Assembly: GCA_902510495.1 (NCBI GenBank)
Contig: CABXBX010000001.1
Coordinates: forward strand, 1-52,161
DNA length: 52,161 nt
Direction of reading: 5' to 3'
From: an uncultured Pelagibacteraceae bacterium
Lineage (GTDB): Bacteria; Pseudomonadota; Alphaproteobacteria; Pelagibacterales; Pelagibacteraceae
Shown here piece by piece: positions 10,732 through 20,806 of the stretch. The notes beneath the pieces are model-generated. The model made no database searches, was not told the origin of the DNA, and saw only the letters and a list, made by a program, of their open reading frames with translations. The position numbers were made by a program, and so were the translations under genes. Positions within the stretch are counted from its first letter, which is position 1. Each line of letters begins with the position of its first letter.

Positions 10732-11310
10732 TTAATAAATTTTTGTCTTAGTTTCTTCTTTATTTTTCAATCTTTTAATATTTTCTCTATGTGTAAAAAA
10801 TATTAATATGAACATAATTGTAAAAAAAATTATCTGATCAAATTGAGCTAAAATTATTAAATAGATAGGTGTAGAAATAGAGGCAACTAAAGATGATAGT
10901 GACGAATATTTTGAAAGACCAAATACTATAAACCAAGTTATTACAAAGATTAGTCCAAAGTAAATATTTATAGCAAACAAAATACCAACATAAGTAGCAA
11001 CCCCTTTACCACCTTTAAATTTTAACCATATTGGAAATACATGACCTAAGAAAGCGCATAAAGATGCAATATAAATACTTTCAGGAAAATAAATTTTTAC
11101 AAAAATTATTGGTATTACTGCTTTTGCTATATCTAAGATAAGTGTTGTGTAACCAATAGCTTTGTTTCCTGATCTTAAAACATTAGTTGCACCAATGTTT
11201 CCTGATCCAATCTCTCTTATGTCTTTATTTAATAAAATTTTTGTTAACAATAATCCAAAAGGAATTGAACCCATTAGGTATGAGATTACTGATATAATAA
11301 ATATATCCAT
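10732..11310 (-). CDS. plsY: Glycerol-3-phosphate acyltransferase PlsY
   Basis: YLMGSIPFG, DIREIGSGNIGATNVLR, GHVFP, FKGGKGVAT, HRENIKRL. Confidence 0.98.
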   Translation of the reverse strand: MDIFIISVISYLMGSIPFGLLLTKILLNKDIREIGSGNIGATNVLRSGNKAIGYTTLILDIAKAVIPIIFVKIYFPESIYIASLCAFLGHVFPIWLKFKGGKGVATYVGILFAINIYFGLIFVITWFIVFGLSKYSSLSSLVASISTPIYLIILAQFDQIIFFTIMFILIFFTHRENIKRLKNKEETKTKIY

Positions 11311-11311
11311 A

Positions 11312-12598
11312 CTATAGCTTAAATAATTCTTTTCCTTTTACAAATGTATTTGTAACTTTACCTTGAAGTTTTTTATCTTCAATTGAAGTATTTTTTGATT
11401 TAGAAATAAGTTTTTCTTTTTTTACAATCCAAGGTTTATTAATATCAACTATACAAATATCTGCATCATTGCCTACTGATAGATTGCCTTTATCTATTTT
11501 AAGTATTTTTGCTGGATTAGATGTAAGAGCTTTAATTATAGTTTCAAGTTTAAGTGAACCATTGTGATATAATTCTAAGCTAAGAGACAATAAAGTCTCT
11601 ATTCCTGAAGCTCCTGTTGCAGCTTGAGAAAACGTTAATCTTTTTGACTCTTCATCTTCTGGTTTATGATCAGAGACAATTACATCAATTAATTCATCTT
11701 TTAGTCCTTGAACTAGTGCAGCTCTGTCTTCCTCTCTTCTTAATGGTGGTGACAATTTTAAGAAAGTTCTAAAGTCTCCTATATCATTTTCATTTAGAGA
11801 AAGGTTATTAATCGAGACACCAGAGGTGAATTTAACTATTTGTTTCCTATGTTTAATAACTTCAATAGATTTTTGGGAAGATAACTGAGATATATGATAT
11901 CTACATTTTACCTTTTCTAACAATGTTAGATCTCTTTCAATCAAAATTCTTTCTGCAATTTCTGGTATTCCTGACAATCCAAGCTTAGATGCAATTATGC
12001 CAGAATTTATCATTCCATTTTTTGCAAGCTCATAATCCTCAGCATGCTGCATGATCAGGCAGCCTAAATCTTTTGCCGAATTCATTATTCTAGACATCAA
12101 TCTAGGATTTTGAATAGTTTTTATTCCATCAGTGAACGCAATAATTCCTTTACTTTGTAAAAGACCAAATTCAGTCATGTTTGTACCTTGAATATTTTTT
12201 GTTAGTGAGGCACATGGAAAAATATTAATTTTTGATTTGTCTCTTCCTCTTCTCTTTAAAAAATCAACTATAGAAACATTGTCTATTACTGGATCTGTAT
12301 TTGGCATTGTAACAACAGAGGTAACGCCTCCTGATAACGCTGCATTACTTAAAGTTCTGAAATTTTCTTTATATTCATATCCAGGCTCTCCTACAAAAAC
12401 TCTCATATCCACTAACCCAGGAAAAATGTATTTTCCTTTTAAATCTATCGGCTTTTCTCTACTTGGTAGATTGTTAGTATTAACTTTTTTTCCTATAGCT
12501 TCAATTTTTCCATCTTCACTAATAACTAAACCACCAATTTCATTAATGGAGTTATGAGGATCTATTATGTTGGCATTTATAAAATATTGTTTTTTCAT
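11312..12598 (-). CDS. pyrC: Dihydroorotase-like protein, probably the inactive PyrC' subunit of ATCase
   Basis: Amidohydrolase fold (PGLVD, GGVTSVVTMPNT, KLSPPLR, SDHKP) adjacent to pyrB; metal-binding DxHxH replaced by DMRVF. Confidence 0.88.
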   Translation of the reverse strand: MKKQYFINANIIDPHNSINEIGGLVISEDGKIEAIGKKVNTNNLPSREKPIDLKGKYIFPGLVDMRVFVGEPGYEYKENFRTLSNAALSGGVTSVVTMPNTDPVIDNVSIVDFLKRRGRDKSKINIFPCASLTKNIQGTNMTEFGLLQSKGIIAFTDGIKTIQNPRLMSRIMNSAKDLGCLIMQHAEDYELAKNGMINSGIIASKLGLSGIPEIAERILIERDLTLLEKVKCRYHISQLSSQKSIEVIKHRKQIVKFTSGVSINNLSLNENDIGDFRTFLKLSPPLRREEDRAALVQGLKDELIDVIVSDHKPEDEESKRLTFSQAATGASGIETLLSLSLELYHNGSLKLETIIKALTSNPAKILKIDKGNLSVGNDADICIVDINKPWIVKKEKLISKSKNTSIEDKKLQGKVTNTFVKGKELFKL

Positions 12599-13540
12599 TT
12601 ATACACAAAAAATCTTTAGACAAGCCATTCTTACCGCTACACCAAGCTCAACTTGCTCTTTAATTACACTTTTATTTATGTCATCAGCTAGTACTGTGTC
12701 TATTTCAATACCTCTATTCATAGGACCAGGATGCATTATTAAAGCATCAGATTTAGCATGTTCTAGTTTATCAGGTGTTAATCCATAATATTCATAATAT
12801 TCTCTATTTGATGAAAGATAAGAACTAGTCATTCTTTCATTTTGTAACCTTAACATCATTACAATATCACAATCTTTCAATCCTTTATTCATATCAGTAA
12901 AAGTATTAACTCCAAATTTTTCTATTTCTTTAGGCATCAAATTTGTTGGTGCAACTATATTTACTTCAGCACCTAACATATTGAGTAAATAAATATTTGA
13001 TCTAGCTACTCTAGAATGAAGAATATCCCCACATATTGCAATTTTTAAACCTTCAATCTTTTTCTTTCGAGTAATAATTGTTAAAGCATCTAACAAAGCT
13101 TGAGTAGGATGTTCTCTTCGACCATCACCAGCATTTAAAACTGCACAATTTACTTTTTGAGAAAGCAAGTTGCATGCTCCAGAGTCTTGATGTCTGATTA
13201 CGATAATATCTGGATGCATAGCATTTAAAGTCATAGCAGTATCAATTAATGTTTCCCCTTTTTTTATTGCTGAGTTACTGATATTCATTGACATGACATC
13301 TGCACCAAGTCTTTTTCCTGCTAATTCAAAAGAACTTTGAGTTCTTGTAGATGGTTCAAAAAATAGATTAATTTGAGTTTTACCTCTTAAAGTATCAACT
13401 TTTTTATTTTTGCTTTGATTAACTTTTATAAAAGTGTGTGCTTCCTCAAGAATTAAATTTACATCATTTATTGATAAATCTTGGATACCTAACAAATGTT
13501 TTTGAGAAATTTTAATAGCTTTGTTTGAATTAATTGCCAT
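12599..13540 (-). CDS. pyrB: Aspartate carbamoyltransferase catalytic subunit (start revised to MAINS at 13540)
   Basis: [48 protein letters not shown]. Confidence 0.98.
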   Translation of the reverse strand: MAINSNKAIKISQKHLLGIQDLSINDVNLILEEAHTFIKVNQSKNKKVDTLRGKTQINLFFEPSTRTQSSFELAGKRLGADVMSMNISNSAIKKGETLIDTAMTLNAMHPDIIVIRHQDSGACNLLSQKVNCAVLNAGDGRREHPTQALLDALTIITRKKKIEGLKIAICGDILHSRVARSNIYLLNMLGAEVNIVAPTNLMPKEIEKFGVNTFTDMNKGLKDCDIVMMLRLQNERMTSSYLSSNREYYEYYGLTPDKLEHAKSDALIMHPGPMNRGIEIDTVLADDINKSVIKEQVELGVAVRMACLKIFCV

Positions 13541-13550
13541 TAAAACCAAC

Positions 13551-13579
13551 TCTATAACTATAAAGCTATAGAATAGCAA
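13551..13579 (-). promoter_or_regulatory. Putative pyrB promoter TTGCTA-17bp-TATAGA
   Basis: Minus strand TTGCTA (13579-13574), 17-bp spacer, TATAGA (13556-13551), 10 nt before the ATG. Confidence 0.45.
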
Positions 13580-13582
13580 GTA

Positions 13583-14038
13583 TTAATTATTTAAATAATC
13601 TATTGCACCTTGTAATATGAAAGCAGCAGCATTTTCATCTATTTTCTTTTCTCTTTTACTTACATTAACATCTAATTGACTAGATAAATTAAAAGCTCCT
13701 ACGGTAGATAGTCTTTCGTCCCAAAGACAAATGGGTAGATTAATGCTTTTTTCAATATTATTAGATGTGTCATTTGCTGATTGAGCAGAACTGCCTGAAG
13801 ACCCGTCCATATTCAGAGGATTTCCAATGATGATTCCTTGTATATTGTTTTCTTTAATGATGATTTTAAGCTCATTTATAAGTTCTTTAGCTGTAGTTCT
13901 ATTTAAAGTTTTAAAAGGCGTAGCAATTAATTGTTTTTCATCACAAATAGAGACCCCGATTCTTTTTGATCCAAGATCTAAACCTATTAATCTACCTTTA
14001 TATAACTGATTTTTTTTTAATTCCTCTAAGGTGATCAT
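13583..14038 (-). CDS. ruvX: YqgF/RuvX family nuclease (pre-16S rRNA processing)
   Basis: GLDLGSKRIGVS, GNPLNMDG, WDERLST, ID..AAAFILQ. Confidence 0.95.
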   Translation of the reverse strand: MITLEELKKNQLYKGRLIGLDLGSKRIGVSICDEKQLIATPFKTLNRTTAKELINELKIIIKENNIQGIIIGNPLNMDGSSGSSAQSANDTSNNIEKSINLPICLWDERLSTVGAFNLSSQLDVNVSKREKKIDENAAAFILQGAIDYLNN

Positions 14039-14039
14039 A

Positions 14040-14068
14040 TTGTATATTTTAAACTTAAGTGATAGTTT
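14040..14068 (+). promoter_or_regulatory. Putative gatCAB promoter TTGTAT-17bp-(TGn)TAGTTT followed by GC-rich GCGTC
   Basis: TTGTAT 14040-14045, TG 14060-14061, TAGTTT 14063-14068. Confidence 0.5.
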
Positions 14069-14088
14069 GCGTCATATTTAAATAGCAT

Positions 14089-14376
14089 ATGAGTATAGAT
14101 CTTAAAACAATAAAGCATATATCAAAACTATCAAGAATTTCTGTAGATGAACAAAAAGCTGATAAATTAGCTGATGATTTAAATTCAATATTTAAGTTTA
14201 TCGAAAAACTGAATGAATTAAAAACAGATAATGTAGAGCCCCTTACATCGGTCGCTGAAACAAATCTTAAATTGAGGACTGATGAGGTTAAAAGCAAAGA
14301 TATTAGAGATCAAATAATAAAAAATTCTCCTCAAGATAATGAGGATTATTTTGTTGTTCCAAAGGTAATTGAATAA
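14089..14376 (+). CDS. gatC: Asp/Glu-tRNA amidotransferase subunit C
   Basis: [22 protein letters not shown]....YFVVPKVIE; upstream of gatA. Confidence 0.97.
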   Translation: MSIDLKTIKHISKLSRISVDEQKADKLADDLNSIFKFIEKLNELKTDNVEPLTSVAETNLKLRTDEVKSKDIRDQIIKNSPQDNEDYFVVPKVIE

Positions 14377-15833
14377 TGTCAGAAATTACGAAACAATCAC
14401 TTTCTGAATTAGTCAAAAATATTAAAGATAAAAATCTATCTTCAGAAGAAGTAACTAAGGCATTTATTGATAGATCTGAAAAATCTAAAGAATTGAATGC
14501 CTATATCACTGAAAATTATTCATCTGCCTTAGAAAATGCAAAAAAATTTGATCAAAAACCAAATCTTGAATTAAAATTACCGGGTATACCAATGGCTGTT
14601 AAAGATTTATTTTGTACTAAGGATATTCGTACAACTGCTGGAAGTAAAATCCTTGGTAATTTTGTTCCCACTTATGAGTCTACTGTTACTCAAAATCTTT
14701 GGGATGAGGGAGCTATACTCATTGGTAAATTAAATTGTGATGAGTTTGCAATGGGGTCATCAAATGAAACAAGTTTTTTTGGGAACGTACAAAATCCTAT
14801 TGATAAAAATTTAGTTCCAGGTGGTTCTTCAGGGGGATCAGCTTCTGCGGTAGCTGGCCAGTTAACGCCAGTAACTATCGGAACAGATACTGGTGGGTCG
14901 ATTAGACAACCTGCTTCATTTACTGGCACAGTGGGTTTAAAACCAACTTATGGAAGTTGTTCAAGATACGGTATTGTTGCATTTGCATCATCTTTAGATC
15001 AAGCAGGTCCTATGGCACAGAATGTAAAAGATTGTGCGCTACTGCAAGAAGTCATTAGTACATATGATCCTAAAGATTCTACTTCTATAGAATTTAAAAG
15101 AAATGAATACAGCAAGGAGTTAACTAATAATATTAAAGGAAAAAAAATTGGTATACCAAAAGAATATAGAGTTGAAGGTATGCCAAAAGAAATAGAAGAT
15201 CTTTGGCAAAAGGGAATTGAATTTGCAAAGGATTGTGGAGCTCAAATAGTTGACATAACACTTCCACATACCAGTTACGCTTTACCAACTTATTATATTG
15301 TTGCTCCTGCTGAAGCTTCATCAAATTTAGCAAGATATGATGGTGTTAAATATGGATTCAGGGCCAAGGGAGAAAACCTTACAGACATGTATGAAAAAAC
15401 AAGATCAGAAGGTTTTGGTGATGAGGTTCAAAGAAGAATAATGATTGGAACTTATGTTTTATCATCAGGTTATTATGATGCTTATTATCTTAAGGCTCAA
15501 AAAATTAGGAAATTAATTAAAAATGATTTTGATGAAGCATACAAAAAAGTTGACGCAATATTAACCCCCTCAACACCAAGCTCTGCATTTAAAATAGGAG
15601 AAAAAAAAGATGATCCTGTTTCAATGTATTTAAACGATATTTTTACTGTACCAGTTAATTTAGCAGGTTTACCAGGAATTTCTATTCCAGCAGGTCATGA
15701 CACTAACGGATACCCACTAGGTTTACAAATAATTGGTAAAGCATTTGATGAACAAAGTATATTAAACATTGCTTATGCAATGGAAGAAAAAATTAAATTT
15801 AAAAATAAGATAACTGATTGGTGGATTAAATGA
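14376..15833 (+). CDS. gatA: Asp/Glu-tRNA amidotransferase subunit A
   Basis: Amidase signature [49 protein letters not shown]. Confidence 0.99.
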   Translation: MSEITKQSLSELVKNIKDKNLSSEEVTKAFIDRSEKSKELNAYITENYSSALENAKKFDQKPNLELKLPGIPMAVKDLFCTKDIRTTAGSKILGNFVPTYESTVTQNLWDEGAILIGKLNCDEFAMGSSNETSFFGNVQNPIDKNLVPGGSSGGSASAVAGQLTPVTIGTDTGGSIRQPASFTGTVGLKPTYGSCSRYGIVAFASSLDQAGPMAQNVKDCALLQEVISTYDPKDSTSIEFKRNEYSKELTNNIKGKKIGIPKEYRVEGMPKEIEDLWQKGIEFAKDCGAQIVDITLPHTSYALPTYYIVAPAEASSNLARYDGVKYGFRAKGENLTDMYEKTRSEGFGDEVQRRIMIGTYVLSSGYYDAYYLKAQKIRKLIKNDFDEAYKKVDAILTPSTPSSAFKIGEKKDDPVSMYLNDIFTVPVNLAGLPGISIPAGHDTNGYPLGLQIIGKAFDEQSILNIAYAMEEKIKFKNKITDWWIK

Positions 15834-17308
15834 GCAAAAATAAATCAGATTATCTAATAAACAGAAAAGATAATCAATATGAGGTTGTTATTGGATTAGA
15901 AGTGCATGCTCAAGTTACCTCAGAGTCAAAATTATTTTCATCATCTTCAACCAAGTTTGGTGCTGAGCCTAACACCCAAGTAAGTTTAGTTGATGCAGCA
16001 TTTCCTGGAATGTTGCCAGTAATTAATGAATTTTGTGTAAAACAAGCAATTAAAACTGGTATCGGTCTTAATGCAAAAATCAATAAACGTTCAGTATTTG
16101 ATAGAAAAAATTATTTTTATGCAGATTTACCACAAGGATACCAAATTTCACAATTTAAAGACCCAATAGTTGGTGAGGGTAAAGTTATTTTAGATATGCC
16201 TGAAGGACAGAAAGAAGTAGGTATTGAAAGATTACATTTAGAACAAGATGCAGGAAAAAGTATTCACGATCTTGATCCGCAAAATACTTTTGTAGATTTA
16301 AATAGATCTGGGGTAGCTTTAATGGAAATTGTAAGCAAGCCAGACCTCAGGTCTCCAGATGAAGTTAGCGCATATATTAAGAAATTAAGGTCAATTATGA
16401 GATATTTAGGAACTTGTGATGGAAATATGCAAGAGGGGTCATTAAGAGCTGATGTAAATGTTTCTGTTAGAGTCAAAGGATCAAAAAAACTTGGAATAAG
16501 ATGTGAAATTAAAAATGTAAATTCTATTAAATTTATGCAAATGGCTATTGAATATGAAGCAAATAGACAAGTTGATTTAATTGAAGATGGTAAATCAATT
16601 GATCAAGAAACAAGATTATTTGATACTAAAAAAAATGAAACAAGATCGATGAGATCAAAAGAAGATGCGCATGATTATAGATATTTTCCTGATCCTGATT
16701 TATTACCCCTTGAAGTATCAGATGAATTTGTAAATGAACTTAAGAAAAATATTCCAGAATTACCAGATGATAAAAAGAAAAGATTTATTGATGAATTCAA
16801 ACTATCTCCTTATGAAGCAACTATCTTAGTATCAGATATTGAAACTTCTAAATATTTTGAAGAAGTTGTCGCTAAGATGGGCAAAAACAAAGATATGAAA
16901 TTAGCAGTTAATTGGATTACAGGTGAATTGTTTGCTGTTTTAAATGATAAAAACTTGGAAATTTCTCAAAGCCCAGTAAGTGCAAAAAATTTAGCTATAT
17001 TAGTCAATTTAATAAAAAATGGAACAATTTCAGGAAAAATAGCCAAAACTGTATTTGAATTAATGTTGGATGGAGACAAAGATCCTCAAAAAATTGTTGA
17101 GGAAAAAGGATTAAAACAACAAAGTGATCCTAAAGCTATAGAGGCTTTAATAGATAAAATAATTAATGATAATAGAGAAAAAGCAATTGAGTATAAGCAA
17201 GGAAAAGAAAAATTATTTGGTTTCTTTGTTGGACAAGCAATGAAAGTCTCTGGTGGTAAAGCCAATCCTCAACTTATAAATGAGATATTAAAGAAAAAAC
17301 TTCAATAG
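15830..17308 (+). CDS. gatB: Asp/Glu-tRNA amidotransferase subunit B
   Basis: [58 protein letters not shown]. Confidence 0.99.
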   Translation: MSKNKSDYLINRKDNQYEVVIGLEVHAQVTSESKLFSSSSTKFGAEPNTQVSLVDAAFPGMLPVINEFCVKQAIKTGIGLNAKINKRSVFDRKNYFYADLPQGYQISQFKDPIVGEGKVILDMPEGQKEVGIERLHLEQDAGKSIHDLDPQNTFVDLNRSGVALMEIVSKPDLRSPDEVSAYIKKLRSIMRYLGTCDGNMQEGSLRADVNVSVRVKGSKKLGIRCEIKNVNSIKFMQMAIEYEANRQVDLIEDGKSIDQETRLFDTKKNETRSMRSKEDAHDYRYFPDPDLLPLEVSDEFVNELKKNIPELPDDKKKRFIDEFKLSPYEATILVSDIETSKYFEEVVAKMGKNKDMKLAVNWITGELFAVLNDKNLEISQSPVSAKNLAILVNLIKNGTISGKIAKTVFELMLDGDKDPQKIVEEKGLKQQSDPKAIEALIDKIINDNREKAIEYKQGKEKLFGFFVGQAMKVSGGKANPQLINEILKKKLQ

Positions 17309-17309
17309 A

Positions 17310-17960
17310 ATGGGTGTAAACCTTGATATTACTGAAAAGCTGCAAAATTACATTAATGATTTTGGTTTAAATTTACACCCAATACAACAAGAGATAATTG
17401 ATTATAACAAAACTTTAGGTGACATTAAAAGAATGCAAATTGATCCTACTCAATGTCATTTTCTTCACCTAATTATAAAAGTAGCAAATATTAAAAATGT
17501 TCTTGAAATTGGAACTTTTACAGGACTTAGTGCTCTCTCAATCTCACTTGCTTTACCGGATGAAGGAAAACTAATTGCTCTAGATAAAAATGAAGAGACA
17601 AATAAAATAGCATTAGATTTTTTCAAAAAAGCTAATCAAGATCATAAAATTCGAACAATAATAAAGCCTGCTCTAGAAAGTTTGCAAGAATTAAAAAATA
17701 ATATATTTGATATGGTTTTTATTGATGCTGATAAAATTAACTATAAAGAATATTATGAGAAATCTTTAGAACTGTTAAGTAAAGGAGGATTAATCATCAT
17801 TGATAACGTTTTATGGCATGGTGAGGTAGCAGATGAAAAAATTAATGATAAATTTACTACAAGTATTAGAGAATTTAACAAGTTTGTAACTAAAGATAAA
17901 AGAGTAGAGCAAATCATTATTCCACTAGGAGATGGAATGACTGTTTGTAGGGTTTTATAA
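17310..17960 (+). CDS. SAM- and cation-dependent O-methyltransferase (COMT/CCoAOMT family)
   Basis: VLEIGTFTGLS, DMVFIDADK, IIIDNVLWHG, PLGDGMT; 1 nt after gatB, TAATG-coupled to trhO. Confidence 0.92.
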   Translation: MGVNLDITEKLQNYINDFGLNLHPIQQEIIDYNKTLGDIKRMQIDPTQCHFLHLIIKVANIKNVLEIGTFTGLSALSISLALPDEGKLIALDKNEETNKIALDFFKKANQDHKIRTIIKPALESLQELKNNIFDMVFIDADKINYKEYYEKSLELLSKGGLIIIDNVLWHGEVADEKINDKFTTSIREFNKFVTKDKRVEQIIIPLGDGMTVCRVL

Positions 17961-18868
17961 TGTTAAAAGTTTTTGGTTTTTATAAATTCATTAAGGTTAA
18001 ATCTTTAAAAAAAAACAAAGATTTTTTACAAAAATTTCTCATATCAAATAATATAAGAGGAACCATAATTATTGCTAAAGAAGGGCTTAATGGCACAATT
18101 TCTGGGTCTGTGAGTGATATTAATAAAACTACCAAAAAATTAAAATCTTTATTTTCATTTAAACAATTTGATAACAACAATGAATCTAAATCTAAATTTC
18201 AACCATTTCATAGACCTAAAGTAAAGATTAAAAAAGAAATTGTTCCAATGAATCTAACTATCAGTTCTAATGACAGAAATATACAAACTCATTTAGAACC
18301 AAAAGACTGGAACAAATTGATTAAAAATAAAAATACTCACATAATTGATACTAGAAAACCTTTTGAATATAAAGTTGGAACATTTAAAAAATCAGTAAAT
18401 CCAAATGTGACTAATTTTAAAGATTTTCCTAAGTATCTAAATAAACTTCAGAAAAATAAACCAGTGGCAATGTTTTGCACTGGTGGAATACGTTGTGAAA
18501 AAACTTCTGTGTACCTAAAAAAGAAAGGATTTAAAAATATCTATCAACTAAATGGTGGTATTTTGAATTATCTTAAGAATATAAAAAAAACCGAAAGTTT
18601 ATGGAAAGGGGAGTGTTTTGTTTTTGATAACAGGATTAGCCTTAAACATGGATTAAAATTAGGCTCTCATTCTATGTGCAGTGGTTGCAGAATGCCTATT
18701 TCACCTAAAGATAAAAGATCCAAGAAATTTGAGGAAGGAGTTTCTTGTCCAAATTGCCATGACAACTTAACTGAAACTCAAAAATCACGTTTTAGAATGA
18801 GACAAAGTCAGATATACAAAGCTAAACAATCTGGAAAAAAATATATTTTTCAAAAAGAATCTAAATAA
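17960..18868 (+). CDS. trhO: tRNA uridine(34) hydroxylase TrhO (rhodanese domain, UPF0176)
   Basis: FYKF, GTIIIAKEGLNGT, KIKKEIV, IDTR..FEY..GTF, MFCTGGIRCEK, LNGGILNYL, GECFVFDNR, GVSCPNC. Confidence 0.93.
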   Translation: MLKVFGFYKFIKVKSLKKNKDFLQKFLISNNIRGTIIIAKEGLNGTISGSVSDINKTTKKLKSLFSFKQFDNNNESKSKFQPFHRPKVKIKKEIVPMNLTISSNDRNIQTHLEPKDWNKLIKNKNTHIIDTRKPFEYKVGTFKKSVNPNVTNFKDFPKYLNKLQKNKPVAMFCTGGIRCEKTSVYLKKKGFKNIYQLNGGILNYLKNIKKTESLWKGECFVFDNRISLKHGLKLGSHSMCSGCRMPISPKDKRSKKFEEGVSCPNCHDNLTETQKSRFRMRQSQIYKAKQSGKKYIFQKESK

Positions 18869-18876
18869 GGATAACT

Positions 18877-20307
18877 TTGTCTAAAACAATAAAATTAACT
18901 AAAGATCCAATATGGTCATTATTAAAAAAAGTAACAATACCTGCGAGTGTTGGATCTTTATTTCAAACTTTTTATAACTTAGTAGATACTTGGTTTGCTG
19001 GAAGGATTTCCGCTGAAGCTATTGCCGCTATCGCTAAATCATTTCCAATTTATTTTACTATTATAGCTGTTGGAGTGGGGTTAGGTGCGGCTACTAATTC
19101 TTTAATTGGCAATTCTATAGGTGAAAAAAAAGAGAGAGTTGCTTCTATGTATGTTGCGCAATCATTATTTTTTGCAATAACAGTTTCAATTGTTGTTACT
19201 TTATTTGGTTTAAATGTATCAAACTATCTTCTTGGCGTTATGGGATCTGATGCTGCTGGAATATCTTTAACAAGAGAATATTTAGATATTATTTTTTATG
19301 GTACTTTTATTGTATTATTACAAATTTCTTTAAACGGAACTCTTAATGCACAAGGTGACACTAAAAGTTATAGAAATGTTTTGATCTTTAGTTTCTTTTT
19401 AAATATTTTTTTAAATCCCTTATTTATTTTTGGTTCAACCAATTCTTTCATTTGGATTTCTCAGTATGTTCCTATTTTAGAAAATTTCAATTTCCCTGGT
19501 GTTATACCCAAATGTGGAATAGCTGGACTTGCAATAGCCACAGTAATTTCACAGTTAATAGGAACAATTTATTTAGCTTACAAAGTTAATAATTGTAAAA
19601 TTAGAGAGTATTTAAAACTGCAATGTTTTATTCCTAAATTTGATTATTTAAAAACATTAACATTACAAGCAGTTCCTGTAATGTTTAGTATGTTATTTAT
19701 TGGAGTTGGTATATTTAACATCTTGTATTTCATTGGACAGTTTGGTGATTTAGCAACAGCTGGTTATGGCGCAGCATTAAGAGTAGAACAGGTATTTTTA
19801 CTTCCAGTTATTGGATTGAACACAGCCGTTCTCTCAATTGGTGGTCAAAATTTTGGAGCAAAAGCTTATGATAGGATAAGAGAACTTTATATTAAGGCTT
19901 TATTATTTGGATCATCGTTTATGGCTATTTCAGGAATAATAATATTTTTTGGTGCAGAATTTTTTGTTTCTTTATTTACTGATAACCAAGAGGCAGTTAC
20001 TAAGGGAGCTATTTATTTAAAAGTTGCAGCACTAATCGCACCAATTTATCCAGTCTTCTTTATTACAACAGCTGTTTTTCAAGCTGTTAAGAAACCTTTA
20101 TATAGTCTCTATCTAAGTATTTTGAGATTAACTGCATTTCCTTTTTTGAGCTTATGGTATGTAATTAAAATCAAGGGTGGTGATTATGAGGATATATTTT
20201 ATACAATCATGTCTACAAACTGGATAATGGGAATTGCAGTTTTAATATTTATTGGTTATTTTCTAAATAATGTATTTAAACAAAATAAATCTCTTTTTAG
20301 TTATTAG
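18877..20307 (+). CDS. MATE family efflux transporter (TTG start)
   Basis: About 12 hydrophobic segments, YNLVDTWF, LNIFLNPLFIFG, GIAGLAIATVISQ, GQNFGAK; AAGGA SD upstream. Confidence 0.93.
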   Translation: MSKTIKLTKDPIWSLLKKVTIPASVGSLFQTFYNLVDTWFAGRISAEAIAAIAKSFPIYFTIIAVGVGLGAATNSLIGNSIGEKKERVASMYVAQSLFFAITVSIVVTLFGLNVSNYLLGVMGSDAAGISLTREYLDIIFYGTFIVLLQISLNGTLNAQGDTKSYRNVLIFSFFLNIFLNPLFIFGSTNSFIWISQYVPILENFNFPGVIPKCGIAGLAIATVISQLIGTIYLAYKVNNCKIREYLKLQCFIPKFDYLKTLTLQAVPVMFSMLFIGVGIFNILYFIGQFGDLATAGYGAALRVEQVFLLPVIGLNTAVLSIGGQNFGAKAYDRIRELYIKALLFGSSFMAISGIIIFFGAEFFVSLFTDNQEAVTKGAIYLKVAALIAPIYPVFFITTAVFQAVKKPLYSLYLSILRLTAFPFLSLWYVIKIKGGDYEDIFYTIMSTNWIMGIAVLIFIGYFLNNVFKQNKSLFSY

Positions 20308-20806
20308 CATCTGTCTAATATTTTTTTTTCTTACTTATAATGATGTTAAATCAAAAGAAATTAAAACTATCTCAGGTACAGCCACAGCAACAGATGGTGA
20401 CTCAATAAAAATTGATAATAGAAAAATTAGATTAGTTGGTATTGATGCACCTGAACTTAAACAGACATGCCAACATGCAGGTATAGAATATCCATGTGGA
20501 GAAATGTCTAAGGAATGGTTAAACATATATGTAAAGAATTTTCAAATAACATGTTATTATTCAGAAAAAGATCGATATAAAAGAATATTAGGCGTTTGTT
20601 ATATTGGAAATATAGATTCCGTAGCATTCAAAAAAAAAGTAAAATACTTAGAATTAAATAGCATGATGGTTAAGTCTGGTAATGCAGTTGCTTATAGAAA
20701 ATATTCCGATGTATATTTAGAAGATGAAGAATTTGCCAAAATTAATAAAAAAGGTATCTGGATGGGAAAATTTGAAATGCCTTGGGATTGGAGAAAAAAT
20801 AATTAA
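20270..20806 (+). CDS. Thermonuclease (SNase-like) family protein with N-terminal signal/anchor
   Basis: DGDSI, IRLVGIDAPELKQTC, DRYKRILG, MVKSGNA, KGIW...PWDWR; 38-nt overlap with the MATE gene. Confidence 0.92.
   Translation: MYLNKINLFLVISICLIFFFLTYNDVKSKEIKTISGTATATDGDSIKIDNRKIRLVGIDAPELKQTCQHAGIEYPCGEMSKEWLNIYVKNFQITCYYSEKDRYKRILGVCYIGNIDSVAFKKKVKYLELNSMMVKSGNAVAYRKYSDVYLEDEEFAKINKKGIWMGKFEMPWDWRKNN

Noticed and set aside
13551-13572. CTATA repeats and palindromes upstream of pyrB as a PyrR-type attenuator
   Set aside because: No PyrR-binding loop or terminator; the elements coincide with a plausible promoter and are low-complexity.
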